A stretch of 64,000 nucleotides of DNA from Glycera tridactyla (lineage: Eukaryota): contig OZ286465.1 in NCBI GenBank assembly GCA_965644265.1, positions 89,652,001-89,716,000 on the forward strand, given 5' to 3'. The notes beneath the pieces are model-generated. The model was not told the DNA's origin. It worked only from the letters and a program-made list of their open reading frames with translations, and did not search any database. Position numbers and translations under genes: made by a program. Every line of letters begins with the position of its first letter. The first letter of the stretch is position 1. This document shows positions 47,478 to 61,501 of this stretch, piece by piece.

Positions 47478-49335
47478 CAACCTGAGACATACATGTTTCA
47501 CGTATCAACATATACAAATGCTGGTTGGGCCCCTTCCAGCCCACAGATCTATGAGCTTGTTACCATGGATAAGGATTTGTGCGATTCATACATATATTGC
47601 CACTGAAGATCACTCGAAAATCGAAACAACTTTCACTTTACCCGAAGTAAGATTACTTTCAGAAATAGTTTGAGGAGCCGAGAATGATCAAACAAACACA
47701 TGAGACTTTCGGGAGTAGAACGATCTCGCAATATTTCAATGAAACACCGTGTACATCTCTCGCTACTGCAAACTTCTGGTCTTGTTCATACTGAAGTAGG
47801 GGAAACTGAACAGTCGATGTAAGAGTGTTTTGCCACAGTTTTAGTCTTGATTGATCGCGGTTGGAAGGAATGGAAATAGATTCCGATCCCCGGAATGAAA
47901 ACAGCCTTTTTCCGATTCTGGGGGCCACCTATGTAGGTTAGTGTCCATGTGGTATGCACGTGAGAAATCCACCATGTAATTCCACAAGTGAACTATCATG
48001 GCAACACATCTTCCTTCAGTCGATAGTATTTATCTCCCAGTACAATACGGTACACCATAGTATATATTTTTCTACAGTCCGAATATCGCTTTGATAATAC
48101 ATTTTAAAAATGGCTTATACTAATAGTCTCGTTAATAATTTAGATGGGATTGAAGAGACACTGAACATTATCAAACAATCAACTCAATGGTGTGTGGAAT
48201 GATCGTCCCCAACCCCCAAATACAGGATGTGGGCGTGGGGTGTGCCAAGGTGCGTTCTGTCTTTCCCCGTGCTAGCAATACATGCACGAGTGTGGGCGAG
48301 TGAATGGGAGCAAGTGTACGTTTCTGTGTTGTGCATATGATATATATTGTGAGCCATGATTGATATGAGACAGATTGTTAGTAATTGTATTTTGATGACG
48401 ACTACATCGGTATCCAATGTTTAATTTGTACTGTGCCAAGGAAAGGGAGTAGTAGCGGAATGGTGTCAGTACCAAGTCACATGTTACAAGGCCTCTGAAA
48501 AAGAATGTACCAAGTATCAATGGGCATGCACCAATCATATCATCAATCAGAAGGGACCGAGATAGGGCATGAAAATGGCAGATTCCGACGATGGATACAT
48601 GTAATATGGATATAACGACAGAGAATGAGCAGAAGAAGGGACGAACGGGCCTTTAATCTTTCACGTGCTTGGATAAGCATACTCGCCGCCAAAAGACATG
48701 GTTCAAGTGGAAAGGAAAACTATACATATATGTGTGGTCATGAGATATAGTAAATATTTGATTGTGGAGTAGAGTTTTCTCCATAAAAGTGGGGCGACCT
48801 CTGCCTGTGACCAATTCAGCTGGCTTAGTTTCAAAATATATTATATCAAACACACAGGAATGAGGTCACACTCGAATTCAATACCATTCCATAGATTTCA
48901 TAGAATTTACCTTAGGATTTCAGGATACCTTAGGATATATTAGGATACCTTAGGATGATTCTGGAAGCGGGCACACAGCCTCAGGTTCCAGATCGTTCGT
49001 TGTTCTCTGTGATCTTGGTGTAGTTCGAGGCTACTACTTAACTTTGAGAGAGAGCGCTGCCTTCTTCCCGGTCATGCTTCATTAGGTGGTTTCTCCAGTG
49101 TATGTCCAGTCTGTTTTTGAAGGTGTTGAGATTCTCCTAGAGGATAATCGATTCTGGAAGGTTGTTTCATGTAGATATTGTTCTCTGACAGAAGCTGTGG
49201 AGTCGTAGATTGCTCTTACAGTGTTGCTTGGATAGTATTTGGTTGTGGCCTCGGATGGAGTGGATGGTGGAAAGTTTGAGGATATCTTGATTGTTGTGGT
49301 CATAGATATTCATACACTTGAAAACCTCGATAATA

Positions 49336-49512
49336 CAGTCGAACCTCCTCTAAAAACCACCTCTCTATAAAGACCACCGCCTAAAAAGGCCACCCTGTGC
49401 TGCGACCTTGGTAGTATTTTCAACAGTAAATGACCTCTCTATAAAGATCACCTCCCTCTAAAGACCACTTTTTGATGCGACTGAAGGCGGTCTTTGTAGA
49501 AAGGTTAGACTG
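49336..49512. mobile_element. Tc1/mariner-type MITE
   Basis: TA-CAGTCGAACCT...AGGTTAGACTG-TA with internal AAAGACCAC repeats. Confidence 0.85.
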
Positions 49513-49869
49513 TATCGCCCCTGGTATAGGGTTGGGATGTTAACATCTTAAGGCGCTCACTATATGTCGAGTTTTTGAGTCCTGGGACGAGTCTTGACGC
49601 CCTTCTCTGAACGTTTGCATAGCGTTCCATACTGCTCTGCTCGGACATAGCACGCCCAACAACTGAATCTCCTGAATGATCTCGTAAACGTCTTCATTCA
49701 CATATAAGGTAAATCACTTCATCATATTATCATCCCATTATGCCCATCCAAAAGCACGAGAGGCAATTTACTCGCATAAAAGCTTGAGCTGCATCACTCA
49801 TATCGGTTGAAATGAATCCTAGTGCCGTTGCATATCATATGATGACGTTAACTCGCCCATTTTCAAGCG

Positions 49870-50075
49870 TCGTCATCATCATTATGATGATGATGATCAT
49901 CATCATTATCCATGTCGTCGTCGTCGTCGTCGTCATCGTCGTTGTCGTCTTCATCGTCATCTCTGTCGTCGTTGTCGTCGTCATTATCATCAATACTACC
50001 ACCAACAACAACAATAATTGCAACAAGAGCAACACACCAAGAGCAGGAGCAGCAGCAACAGCAGCAGCAGCAGCA
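49870..50075. repeat. CAT/CGT/CAG microsatellite tracts
   Basis: Direct reading. Confidence 0.8.
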
Positions 50076-51758
50076 GAAGCCTAATGATAATGGCGTCCTC
50101 GAGAACATTTTCATCTATTTCCATTCGATGAAAATATTGCACATCTCGTTGGCGGATTAAAAAGCAATTGAGTTGGTGGGCTACTGAAATGGAATGTGAG
50201 CTAGACATGGAGATATCAGACATCACGAAGACTAGAACTCAACACGGAAAAACAAATGGTATCATATGTTATCAGCCCAGCGGATATCATTGGTCAGAGG
50301 ATCTCTTTGATACAAGAGTGTCACATTCGGAGCGTCAGACGTGGGCAATGATGTTGGAAAGGAACCGTGATGATATCGTAGGATGGTCAATATTTGTTCT
50401 CAAGAATACGATTACAAGACAGTGGGCTTGAGAATAAGTACAGGTGTACAGACCACATCGGTGTATGACACGGAGCAGTATTCTTTCAACATATATATAT
50501 TAACTTATCGATGAGTGCACGTGATGTACATTTGCAATTGATGTCGTCTCCCAATTCGATATGCTTATGCAAACATGTGACTAGTCACAAAAAGATATTC
50601 GTGGGTATGATATTAATGTATGGTATAATGGATCCGTGATTGGATAAAGATGTATCTCCCTCAAATATATAGTTATCCACCTTGGCATCCCGATACTATC
50701 GCGATGGGGGATTCGTATACCATGGTAGCATATGTGATCGATTCATTAGGCCATCGCGGCTGGATTCCAGTCAAGAGTCATTGAGGATCACTGTTAATGG
50801 CTATAAGGTGGATGGTTTGAATCCAATCAAAGAATTGGCATATTCGGGATTTGATGCCGCTCTGGTGTATTTGTTGCCCGATCAGTGCAATAAGTTGGTG
50901 GATTGGATGTTTGGTGGATGAGTGGATGAGTGATAGATCGTTCACAATGAAGCTGTTTGACCGCTCAATTCTCATATTGTCTGAATAATCAATTTCTGTA
51001 TATTCAGGACGCTTGTCCGAATAAAATATCGTCATGGTCATTGTCTTTGAAATTATAGCTTGGGACGCTGGTAGGCACAAGTATATGTGTACCTGCAAAC
51101 GTTGGCAATGATACACTCATCTCAGCTCATTAAAATGACCAATATGAGTTAGAGAAACTAGAAATTATCATCAAAGAGTGGTTCCATCTCCCAGATATAG
51201 GTTGTTCATGTAATACTCATGGTTGATGACTGGTCGAAGAATGCCAGGTGTTCTTGTAATATGTCCTCTCGTTGTGAACAACCCTATAGAGGATGAATCC
51301 TGCATTGGTAGAGTCTAACGGTGGTAGTGGCTATTTGAGACGTATGAACACTGACCCGATAGTTAAATAAACTCGGAGAGAGCTCGAAGACGCAAATTGG
51401 AGGCAATCACATGGACGGCGGCTTGATAATCTGGTAGAAGAGTAATGCCATGTGGACCCCACCGAAGATGGGACTATTAAGCACACGGCCAACTGACACC
51501 TATCGTCCCAGATGCATAATTATATACCAACTATTCATATACACCTCACCGGCAATGACACATACTCAGTGAGAACGGTTTTTCCAATCAGTCAAAGTAG
51601 GCACGAAACTGCCACTGATACATCTGCGTCATGGAAGCAAGAATGGATGGACGCTGTTGGAATGGACCAATCGATCACCTTGGCATCTTGGTTGAATTTT
51701 TCAAATAAGAAGGAAAGGTGCACGCAAGCGCATATCGGGGTATCTGCATAATTGGCTA

Positions 51759-52387
51759 TCTCGAACACCTGTATTTCCACACATGAAACTATATAATGGC
51801 CATGATGGAGCTGCCCACCTCTCAAACACCTGCATTCCACACATGAAAGTATATGATGGTCATGATGGAGCTGCTCACCTCTCAAACACCTGCATTTCCG
51901 CACATGAAAGTATATGATGGTCATGATGGAGCTGCCCACCTCTCAAACACCTGCATTTCCACACATGAATGTATACAATGGCCATGATGGAGCTGCCCAC
52001 CTCTCAAACACCTGCATTTCCACACATGAAAGTATATGATGGTCATGATGGAGCTGCCCACCTCTCAAACACCTGCATTTCCACACATGAAAGTATATAA
52101 TGGTCATGATGGAGCTGCCCACCTCTCAAACACCTGCATTTCCACACATGAAAGTATATAATGGTCATGATGGAGCTGCCCACCTCTCAAACACCTGCAT
52201 TTCCACACATGAAAGTGTATAATGGTCATGATGGAGCTGCCCACCTCTCAAACACCTGCACTTCCACACATGAAAGTATATAATGGTCATGATGGAGCTG
52301 CCCACCTCACAAACTTCTGCATTTCGACATATGAAAGTATATAATGGTCATGATGGAGCTGCCCACCTCTCAAACACCTGCATTTCT
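51759..52387. repeat. 61-bp minisatellite, ~10 copies
   Basis: Unit CTCTCAAACACCTGCATTTCCACACATGAAAGTATATAATGGTCATGATGGAGCTGCCCAC. Confidence 0.95.
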
Positions 52388-54108
52388 ATACTAGCATTAG
52401 GATAACTCCACCTCCAGCTTACCTGGGCGTGGGGCATAACAACAGTAGTTTTTGTATCCATACACTGACTGAGAGCTCTGTTCCAAATCAGTCAGTATTT
52501 CAACGCCCCATTTATCAATAGCAAAACAGCTGAAATGCATGGAGATTTTTTAGAATGGGTCAAATGCCACTTGGGGATCCCACCGTGTGATCTTACAAAG
52601 CCCTAATTGTGCAAATATGAGGGGGACTATCCTACATGAGCATTGACACTATTTGATGAAGCTGTGATGTTTGTTGATCAGACCCAAAAACGCGACTATC
52701 ATTACAGATACCACAAAGACCATTCTCAATCGATATTGATGACAGATGATAGTGAAGATAATAAAAACAGACAAACAAAGATGCCTTAGATGATGCGTCC
52801 GGTCGAAAGAAAAACCAGACATGAACCAAGTGTACAATTTGAGAAACAAAGGCCATACTAGAACAATTGGAAATTCCAGAAGCGGTCTTTCCAGGGGTCG
52901 CCATGAGGTCGGCCATGAATCTCAATCGGCAAAAATGCCACACTCCACCTACACGGAAAGAGAGGCCATCTTTAGTCATCAGAATCACCTGCTATTCATC
53001 TAACAATGGAGCAGGTGAGTTTCTGCCGTGTGTAGGAGGGCCTATCTAGTAGATGTCAGAGGAATGAGGGATTCAGCGATTATCTGAGTGGCTCATTTCC
53101 GTTTCTATGACAGCCGTTAGAGTAACAGGATGTGACACCGCCATTATTTGATCTAACCATACATAATGACCCTCATTAGCTGGTCTGTTTTGATGTCTTT
53201 CCTGACACCATAATAGCAACACAAACATCAGATATACCTTTTTCCTGCCATGACATTGTTCAAAAATATCTTGATTCGAATGTCAATATTCTATTCTATC
53301 GAATGAGTGTATGTGATCCTGCTTTCGAGCACGGGGGGTTGCGAAAATTGAGGGAGCGACAGTTACGATATTGACATAAGATTTTCCGACGATATCTCGA
53401 TTTGCATGGTTATTATAATGTTGAGGTGCCAACAAATAAGAGTATGCGATCTTGCTGATATAACATAGGTAGAAGGCATCTTGATTTGAATGGACATATT
53501 ATTGGTTAGGTTTCATTGGACGAAAGTCATGTTTGTTTATTTGAATCTAACGTCCTTGGATCCGACGTTCTCATGTCATATCAGACTAAGAAAACTGAAA
53601 AGCTGAAGAAAGGAGGTCCAACTGAGAGGGGAGATCCCCTCATCTTTTTTTTTAATCTTGAATCTGGAATCATCTTTGTTTATCTGAGTCTAACGTCCTA
53701 GGATTCGACGGATGCCCTCGGATACTTCAGTCAACATGCACTGGTTAGGCATCCATATGATTGATATTTGTCAAAATACGATTGAGTGTATGTAATACTG
53801 TTGATATAACATGGCTCGAAGATATCCCGATTTGAGTGATCATGTCATGGGTGTGGTGTCATCGAATGAAAGTATCGTATCCTTCTGAAATAGCACGGCT
53901 GGAAAATGTTATCTCTGAGGTGTCATCAATTATGACAATGTGATACTGCTGCTATATCATAGCTAGGAGACATCTCTATTTGAATGATCATATTTCTGGT
54001 TGTGTGATATAGAAAAGAATCATATGATCCTGCAGACATAAAATGATCAGAAAATATCTCGATATATCTATCTGGTCAAATCATTGGTTAGGTTTCATCG
54101 AAGAATAG

Positions 54109-55283
54109 TATCCTGCTGTGATTCGATCGGCCATGTTATTGCTTGGCTGGCATTGGGTCAGAGTATGTGATCCTGCTGTGATTCGATCGGCCATGTTATT
54201 GCTTGGCTGGCATTGGGTCAGAGTATGTGATCCTGCTGTGATTCGATCGGCCATGTTATTGATTGGCTGGCATTGGGTCAGAGTATGTGATCCTGCTGTG
54301 ATTCGATCGGCCATGTTATTACTTGGCTGGCATTGGGTCAGAGTATGCGATCCTGCTGTGATTCGATCGGCCATGTTAGTACTTGGCTGGCATTGGATGA
54401 GAGTATGTGATCCTGCTGTGATTCGATCGGTCTTGTCCGTACTTGGCTGGCATTGGATGAGAGTATGTGATCCTGCTGTGATTCGATCGGCCATGTTATT
54501 GCTTGGCTGGCATTGGATCAGAGTTTGTGATCCTGCTGTGATTCGATCGGTCTTGTTCGTACTTGGCTGGCATTGGATGAGAGTATGTGATCCTGCTGTG
54601 ATTCGATCGGCCATGTTATTACTTGGTTGGCATTGAATAAGATTATGTGATCCTGCTGTGATTCGATCGGCCATGTTATTACTTGGCTGGCATTGGATCA
54701 GAGTATGTGATCCTGCTGTGATTCGATCGGCCATGTTATTGCTTGGCTGGCATTGGATCAGAGTTTGTGATCCTGCTGTGATTCGATCGGTCTTGTTCGT
54801 ACTTGGCTGGCATTGGATGAGAGTATGTGACCCTGCTGTGATTCGATCGGCCATGTTATTGCTTGGCTGGCATTGAATGAAAGCATGTGATCCTGCTGTG
54901 ATTCGATCGGCCATGTTATTACTTGTCTGGCATTGGATAAGAGTATGTGATCCTGCTGTGATTCGATCGGCCATGTTATTGCTTGGCTGGCATTGAATGA
55001 GAGGATGTGATCCTGCTGTGATTCAATCGGCCATGTTATTGCTTGGCTGGCATTGGGTCAGAGTATGTGATCCTGCTGTGATACGATCGGACATGTTATT
55101 GCTTGGCTGGCATTGGGTCAGAGTATGTGATCCTGCTGTGATTCGATCGGCCATGTTATTACTTGGCTGGCATTGAATGAGAGGATGTGATCCTGCTGTG
55201 ATTCGATCGGCCATGTTATTGCTTGGCTGGCATTGAATCAGAGTATGTGATCCTGCTGTGATTCGATCAGCCATGTTATTACT
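54109..55283. repeat. 60-bp minisatellite, ~19-20 copies
   Basis: Unit GATCCTGCTGTGATTCGATCGGCCATGTTATTGCTTGGCTGGCATTGGGTCAGAGTATGT. Confidence 0.97.
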
Positions 55284-55300
55284 TGTATCGAATGAGAGTA

Positions 55301-55477
55301 CAGTCGAACCTCTCTATAAAGACCGCCTTCGGTCGCATCAACAAGTGGCCTTTTTGGGAGGTGGTCTTTATAGAGAGGTCATTTACTGTTGAGAATACAA
55401 CCTCAGTCCCAGCTCAGGGTGGTCTTTATAGGGAGGTTGTCTTCATAGAGAGGTGGTCTTTGGAAGAGGTTCGACTG
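55301..55477. mobile_element. Tc1/mariner-type MITE (inverted relative to 49336-49512)
   Basis: TA-CAGTCGAACCT...AGGTTCGACTG-TA, perfect 11-bp TIR. Confidence 0.88.
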
Positions 55478-56401
55478 TATGTCATCCTGCCGATACAACA
55501 AGGTTGAATTATATCTAAATTAAATTATATCTCAGTTGAATTATATCTCAATTTAATATAGAAATTATATATCTGTCCCAATTTCCCTCTCCATCCCACT
55601 CTCTCTGGTACAATGGCAGAGAAGGGGTATACTTCACTGTGGGCATTATCAAATATTCGTAATATAAACTAAGCTAATCAGGAAATATGGCCAGCGGCTG
55701 TACAAGTTTAATGAGGTAGACTCGTGCCCGAATAGCTCCCCTTCTCTTTATGTCTCTCTTTGCGCGGTTAATGCCACCATTCACATCATGTTTTCACGAC
55801 ATCTTCCAAAGCAATGACAATACCAGCGACAACAGCAGAGGAACAAATGAATCCCATTGACATCAACGTCATGAATTAGCCAGTGTAATGACGTCACGAT
55901 GATTTAAAAATGCATGCCCAAGTTGTGTATATATCAAGATCGGGCAGTTAAGTTAAGTATATTCATAGACAAACAAGAAATCTTTCTTCAGAATGCTTCC
56001 GAGCACAGCAATGTTGATAGTGATTACAATTGAAACGAATCGCCATCACTTGAATGTAGGGGTGAATGTGGTGGTATATAGACTGGTACTTGGATTGTTT
56101 TCCGTTCCATGATCACCAACTGAGCAATATTGTAAAACCTCCCTCTGGGTCCCCAACAGAAGGTGGAAATTTGTCAAAATCACAGACACTCAAGTTGTCA
56201 TTTCTGGTATCAGGAATTTTGACGACAGAGTAAGTAACCCAGTGAACATATCGGAATGATTCACATGAAATCCATAATTCAGATATGTTTGGCGACTATG
56301 GTCACCAGGTCCTCAACGTGAAGTTGACATTCATGGAATTCATAGAGGCCCATGTGTCGTTCTGACTGTATAGAGGCTGGTATCCTTTACGAGATAACCT
56401 A

Positions 56402-58647
56402 ATTGCTTCATAGTGAGATCCTCTGGTAGATCCTTTAATCTAGATACCCCAGATTGCTTCATAGTGAGATCCTCTGGTAGATCCTTCAATCTAGATACCG
56501 GAGATTGCTTCATAGTGAGATCCTCTGGTAGATCCTTCAATCTAGATACCGGAGATTGCTTCATTGTGAGATCCTCTGGTAGATCCTTCAATCTAGATAC
56601 CGGACATTGCTTCATGGTGAGATCCTCTGGTAGATCCTTTGATCTAGATACCGGACATTGCTTCATGGTGAGATCCTCTGGTAGATCCTTCAATCTAGAT
56701 ACCGGACATTGCTTCATGGTGAGATCTTCTGGTAGATCCTTCAATCTAGATACCGGACATTGCTTCATGGTGAGATCTTCTGGTAGATCCTTCAATCTAG
56801 ATACCGGACATTGCTTCATAGTGAGATCCTCTGGTGGATCCTACAATCTAGATACTGGACATTGCTTCGGAGTGAGATCCTCTGGTAGATCCTTCAATCT
56901 AGATACTGGAGATTGCTTCATAGTGAGATCCTCTGGTAGATCCTTCAATCTAGATACCGGAGATTGCTTCGAAGTGAGATCCTCTGGTAGATCCTTCAAT
57001 CTAGATACCAGAGATTGCTTCATAGTGAGATCCTCTGGTAGATCCTTCAATCTAGATACCAGACATTGCTTCATGGTGAGATCCTCTGGTAGATCCTTCA
57101 ATCTAGATACCGGAGATTGATTCATAGTGAGATCCTCTGGTAGATCCTTCAATCTAGATACCGGAGATTGCTTCATGGTGAGATCCTCTGGTAGATCCTT
57201 CAATCTAGATACCGGAGATTGCTTCATGGTGAGATCCTCTGGTAGATCCTTCAATCTAGATACCGGACATTGCTTCATGGTGAGATCCTCTGGTAGATCC
57301 TTCAATCTAGATACCGGACATTGCTTCATGGTGAGATCCTCTGGTAGATCCTTCAATCCAGATACCGGACATTGCTGCATGGTGAGATCCTCTGGTAGAT
57401 CCTTCAATCCAGATACCGGAGATTGCTTTATGGTGAGGTCCTCTGGTAGATCCTTCAATCTAGATACCGGAGATTGCTTCAAAGTGAGATCCTCTGGTAG
57501 ATCCTTCAATCTAGATACCGGACATTGCTTCATAGTGAGATCCTCTGGTAGATCCTTCAATCTAGATACCGGACATTGCTTCATGGTGAGATCCTCTGGT
57601 AGATCCTTCAATCTAGATACCGGACATTGCTTCATGGTGAGATCCTCTGGTAGATCCTTCAATCCAGATACCGGACATTGCTGCATGGTGAGATCCTCTG
57701 GTAGATCCTTCAATCCAGATACCGGAGATTGCTTTATGGTGAGGTCCTCTGGTAGATCCTTCAATCTAGATACCGGAGATTGCTTCAAAGTGAGATCCTC
57801 TGGTAGATCCTTCAATCTAGATACCGGACATTGCTTCATAGTGAGATCCTCTGGTAGATCCTTCAATCTAGATACCGGAGATTGCTTCATAGTGAGATCT
57901 TCTGGTAGATCCTTCAATCTAGATACCGGACATTGCTTCATGGTGAGATCCTCTGGTAGATCCTTCAATCTAGATACCGGACATTGCTTCATGGTGAGAT
58001 CCTCTGGTAGATCCTTCAATCTAGATACCGGAGATTGCTTCATAGTGAAATCCTCTGGTAGATCCTTCAATCTAGATACCGGAGATTGCTTCGAAGTGAG
58101 ATCCTCTGGTAGATCCTTCAATCTAGATACCGGAGATTGCTTCATAGTGAGGTCCTCTGGTAGATCCTTCAATCTAGATACCGGACATTGCTTCATGGTG
58201 AGATCCTCTGGTAGATCCTTCAATCTAGATACCGGACATTGCTTCATGGTGAGATCTTCTGGTAGATCCTTCAATCTAGATACCGGAGGTTGCTTCATGG
58301 TGAGATCCTCTGGTAGATCCTTCAATCTAGATACCGGACATTGCTTCATGGTGAGATCCTCTGGAAGATCCTTCAATCCAGATACCCTACATTGCTTCAT
58401 GGTGAGATCCTCTGGTAGATCCTTCAATCCAGATACCGGAGATTGCTTCATGGTGAGGTCCTCTGGTAGATCCTTCAATCTAGATACCGGAGATTGCTTC
58501 GAAGTGAGATCCTCTGGTAGATCCTTCAATCTAGATACCGGACATTGCTTCATAGTGAAATCCTCTGGTAGATCCTTCAATCTAGATACCGGAGATTGCT
58601 TCATAGTGAAATCCTCTGGTAGATCCTTCAATCTAGATACCGGAGAT
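56402..58647. repeat. 51-bp minisatellite, ~44 copies
   Basis: Unit GAGATCCTCTGGTAGATCCTTCAATCTAGATACCGGACATTGCTTCATGGT. Confidence 0.97.
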
Positions 58648-60014
58648 GTTTTTGCCGAATATACAGGAGAAACTACATGGGCTTACCCTCACTACAGTCA
58701 TTTACTCAGCCTAGAATACAGATCAAACTACGTGGACTGCCTATAGACAATCACACCTAGGTGGAGTGAAGTTGTGATGTACTGCAGTTTATCCAGCCAC
58801 CAAAACGGCTAACCTATCTATATTCGTACATCTGATCTCCGATTCAACGAATGAATGAGAATGGATTTCAGAGCCTTGGAATAGTAGACATATGTTGGGC
58901 TTCTGCGTGTATTCTGATAGAAAGGGACAGGACAGCACTTAACTAAGTTAACCCCCTCAGCCGAGTGCATTAGTCCGATAAAAGTCCAGCTTGATCTAAT
59001 AATGTCCATTGCCCGCCGGATACTCCACCAGACCATTTAATTGGCTCTTTGACACCCAGAAGAATGAAAGTTTGGCCTGCTAATATGATGATTGCCGAAC
59101 AAGTGTTAGTACTCTGTCCATCTGCTCCTCTTTACTATCCATTCACAAGTGGGTATAGCATCGATGTGTCATTTAGCCCTTCTAGCCATTCTTCAACTTT
59201 AATTCCAAACACACGATATCTCTTTTCCAATGTTCTTGTTGCTATGTGAATCATTTTCTCTCATCGACAAACCTAATGGAGACGGATCAAAAAGAAAATG
59301 GAGTGTTTCTTTTATTTCACTAAATGAGCCATGCAATTGAAGATTGAAACAAAAATTTTGGCTGCAGAAATTATTATCAAATTTTCATCAGGTGTACTGA
59401 TAATACTGTCAAAATAAACGCATCAACGCATCATTACATTGCCTCCAGCAACAAGAAATATGTCAACAAGACAGAGGTCCAGATTGCCCGAGTTTATTCT
59501 CTGTTGGTGAAACCACAGTAATCCAGAATACTGGGGAATGTGAATCCCATCCGCGAAGAAATATTTCTCGATGAAAATTAGTGTAAAGACAGGTATGAGT
59601 AAATCAGCATAGATGGAACTTCTGGATAATGAATAGTGGTATTATTGAGAACAATAAAGCAGAAAAACTGAAACAGAAGTAACCACTTCCTACATCGAAA
59701 ATTCTTTCATTCACACTGGGATTGCTCGTTTAGAGCGATTGTCTATTATTGTTTGTACTGGATGAATTAAAAAATCAGTATCATATGCAGACAAAAAGTA
59801 GCCAATTGTTTCGAGGGGAGTCTATTATTCTATGACCTTGTGGAGAGAGTGCGGTTGAATACAGAGAGAGCGACACTTCAGTTTCGGCAGCACCATGTGC
59901 TGGTATTGATCATGTATTTTCTCTTTAGGATCAGCCTCCATACATCTGAGTATCCAGATGGAATTAAGAGTTGAAAATGGACATTGCCTTGGATCTGTAA
60001 TCACAGCAAGATTG

Positions 60015-61501
60015 ATTCCAATACCTGTCACATCTAATAACACGACGTAATCCCCATATCTTACTAATAGTGACATTGGCACGAGTGCTATATCGTGACG
60101 TGATCGACTGCCCAGAGACTAGAGACGACCAAGATCCACGTGGGACATCCACACACTGTCTCACAGATAGCCTGGATGGCTGCTGCCATTTTTCTGATAA
60201 TTGGCCAAAGTCACTCAAATTTGCTGAAAATTGCTTTCTCGGGTTGTGAGGGTTTTTACATAGCTGTTGTACTGTTGAAAACTATCACTGATCATATAGC
60301 CGTTTCATTCATCACCCCCCCCCATGTGTCCTTCTTCATAGCAAGCCTCCCTGTCATTCTCTATGTGTTTCTGTACCTAATTGCGTGACAATTGCACGTA
60401 GAAGTGATTCCTGAATTCCAATACCTGTCACATCTGATAACACGACGTAATCCCCATATCTTACTAATAGTGACATTGGCACGAGTGCTATATCGAGACG
60501 TGGCTGCCCAGAGACTAGAGACGACCAAGATCCACGTGGGACATCCACACACTGTCTCACAGATAGCCTGGATGGCTGCTGCCATTTTTCTGATAATTGG
60601 CCAAAGTCACTCAAATTTGCAGAAATTGCTTTCTCGGGTTGTGAGGGTTTTACATAGCTGGTGTACTGTTGAAAACATGGAGAAGTATGCAAGATTACCG
60701 ACCAACACCCAAGAGAATGCATATCATATGCAGCCAGTGTGTGCGGGCGTGCGGGCGCGTGTGTGTGCGTGTGTGTGTGTGTGTGTGTGTTTATGATTTG
60801 ATCCTTGCCAGGGTACCCGGTCAAGCAAATAAGTGATATGTTTCTCTTTTCTCTCGCCCGGAATATCTTCAGGAAGCGGCAAGCGTGGATCAGACTTGGT
60901 TCCCTATTGACGCTCACATATAGACACCTTCCATTAGCTCCAAATTAGGCACTCGTGGGTAATGTTGTACTCGGCATAATGACATCAAGCTCCTAATGTA
61001 CCCATCATCTGATGTGCGTGCGCATCCACATTGTCAGATTGCCTATCTCGCTCAGGCTCCAACGGCATTTCACACAAGTTAAGTGACGCCCCCACACCGC
61101 AGCATTTCGAAGCAGGATCACGATTCTTGGTCTCTCATCGAATATGATTGTCCCAGGTTATCAGAAAGTTAATTCTATGTTGTTCTATACAGAGAGCACA
61201 ACTGCAGTGAAACACGTTTGAGCGGCTTCCGTGTGCATTTGTAGTATACCATTATACAGTGGTAGTTCTTAGCAGGATCGTCCAAATTTATGTTGGATTT
61301 GGAATTCCTTCGCACGCGAGATGAATCTGGCTACTCGGGAATGGACTCCCAGATGAACTCATCTATCACTGATCATATAGCCGTTTTATTCATCACCCCC
61401 CCCCCCCCCATGTGTCCTCCTTCATAGCAAGCCTCCCTGTCATTCTCTATGTGTTTCTGTACCTAATTGCGCGACAATTGCACGTAGAAGTGATTGCTGA
61501 A
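60015..61501. repeat. Local duplication A-B-A' ... B' (A 60015-60282, B 60283-60414, A' 60415-60676, B' 61364-61501)
   Basis: ATTCCAATACCTGTCACATCT...TTGAAAAC occurs twice, and TATCACTGATCATATAGCCG...GTAGAAGTGATT occurs twice. Confidence 0.9.

Noticed and set aside
47600-47640. CTGAAGA...GAAAC hammerhead-like motif
   Set aside because: Stems II and III do not pair.
54081-55274. Repeat ORFs over the 60-bp array
   Set aside because: Same artefact. Frames are broken by unit variants on both strands.
42263-58647. Tandem arrays as CRISPR
   Set aside because: No unique spacers, no cas genes, and a eukaryotic context.
56340-58746. 539-aa and 596-aa repeat ORFs over the 51-bp array
   Set aside because: Each strand has one stop from a point variant, so there is no sign of selection for either frame.
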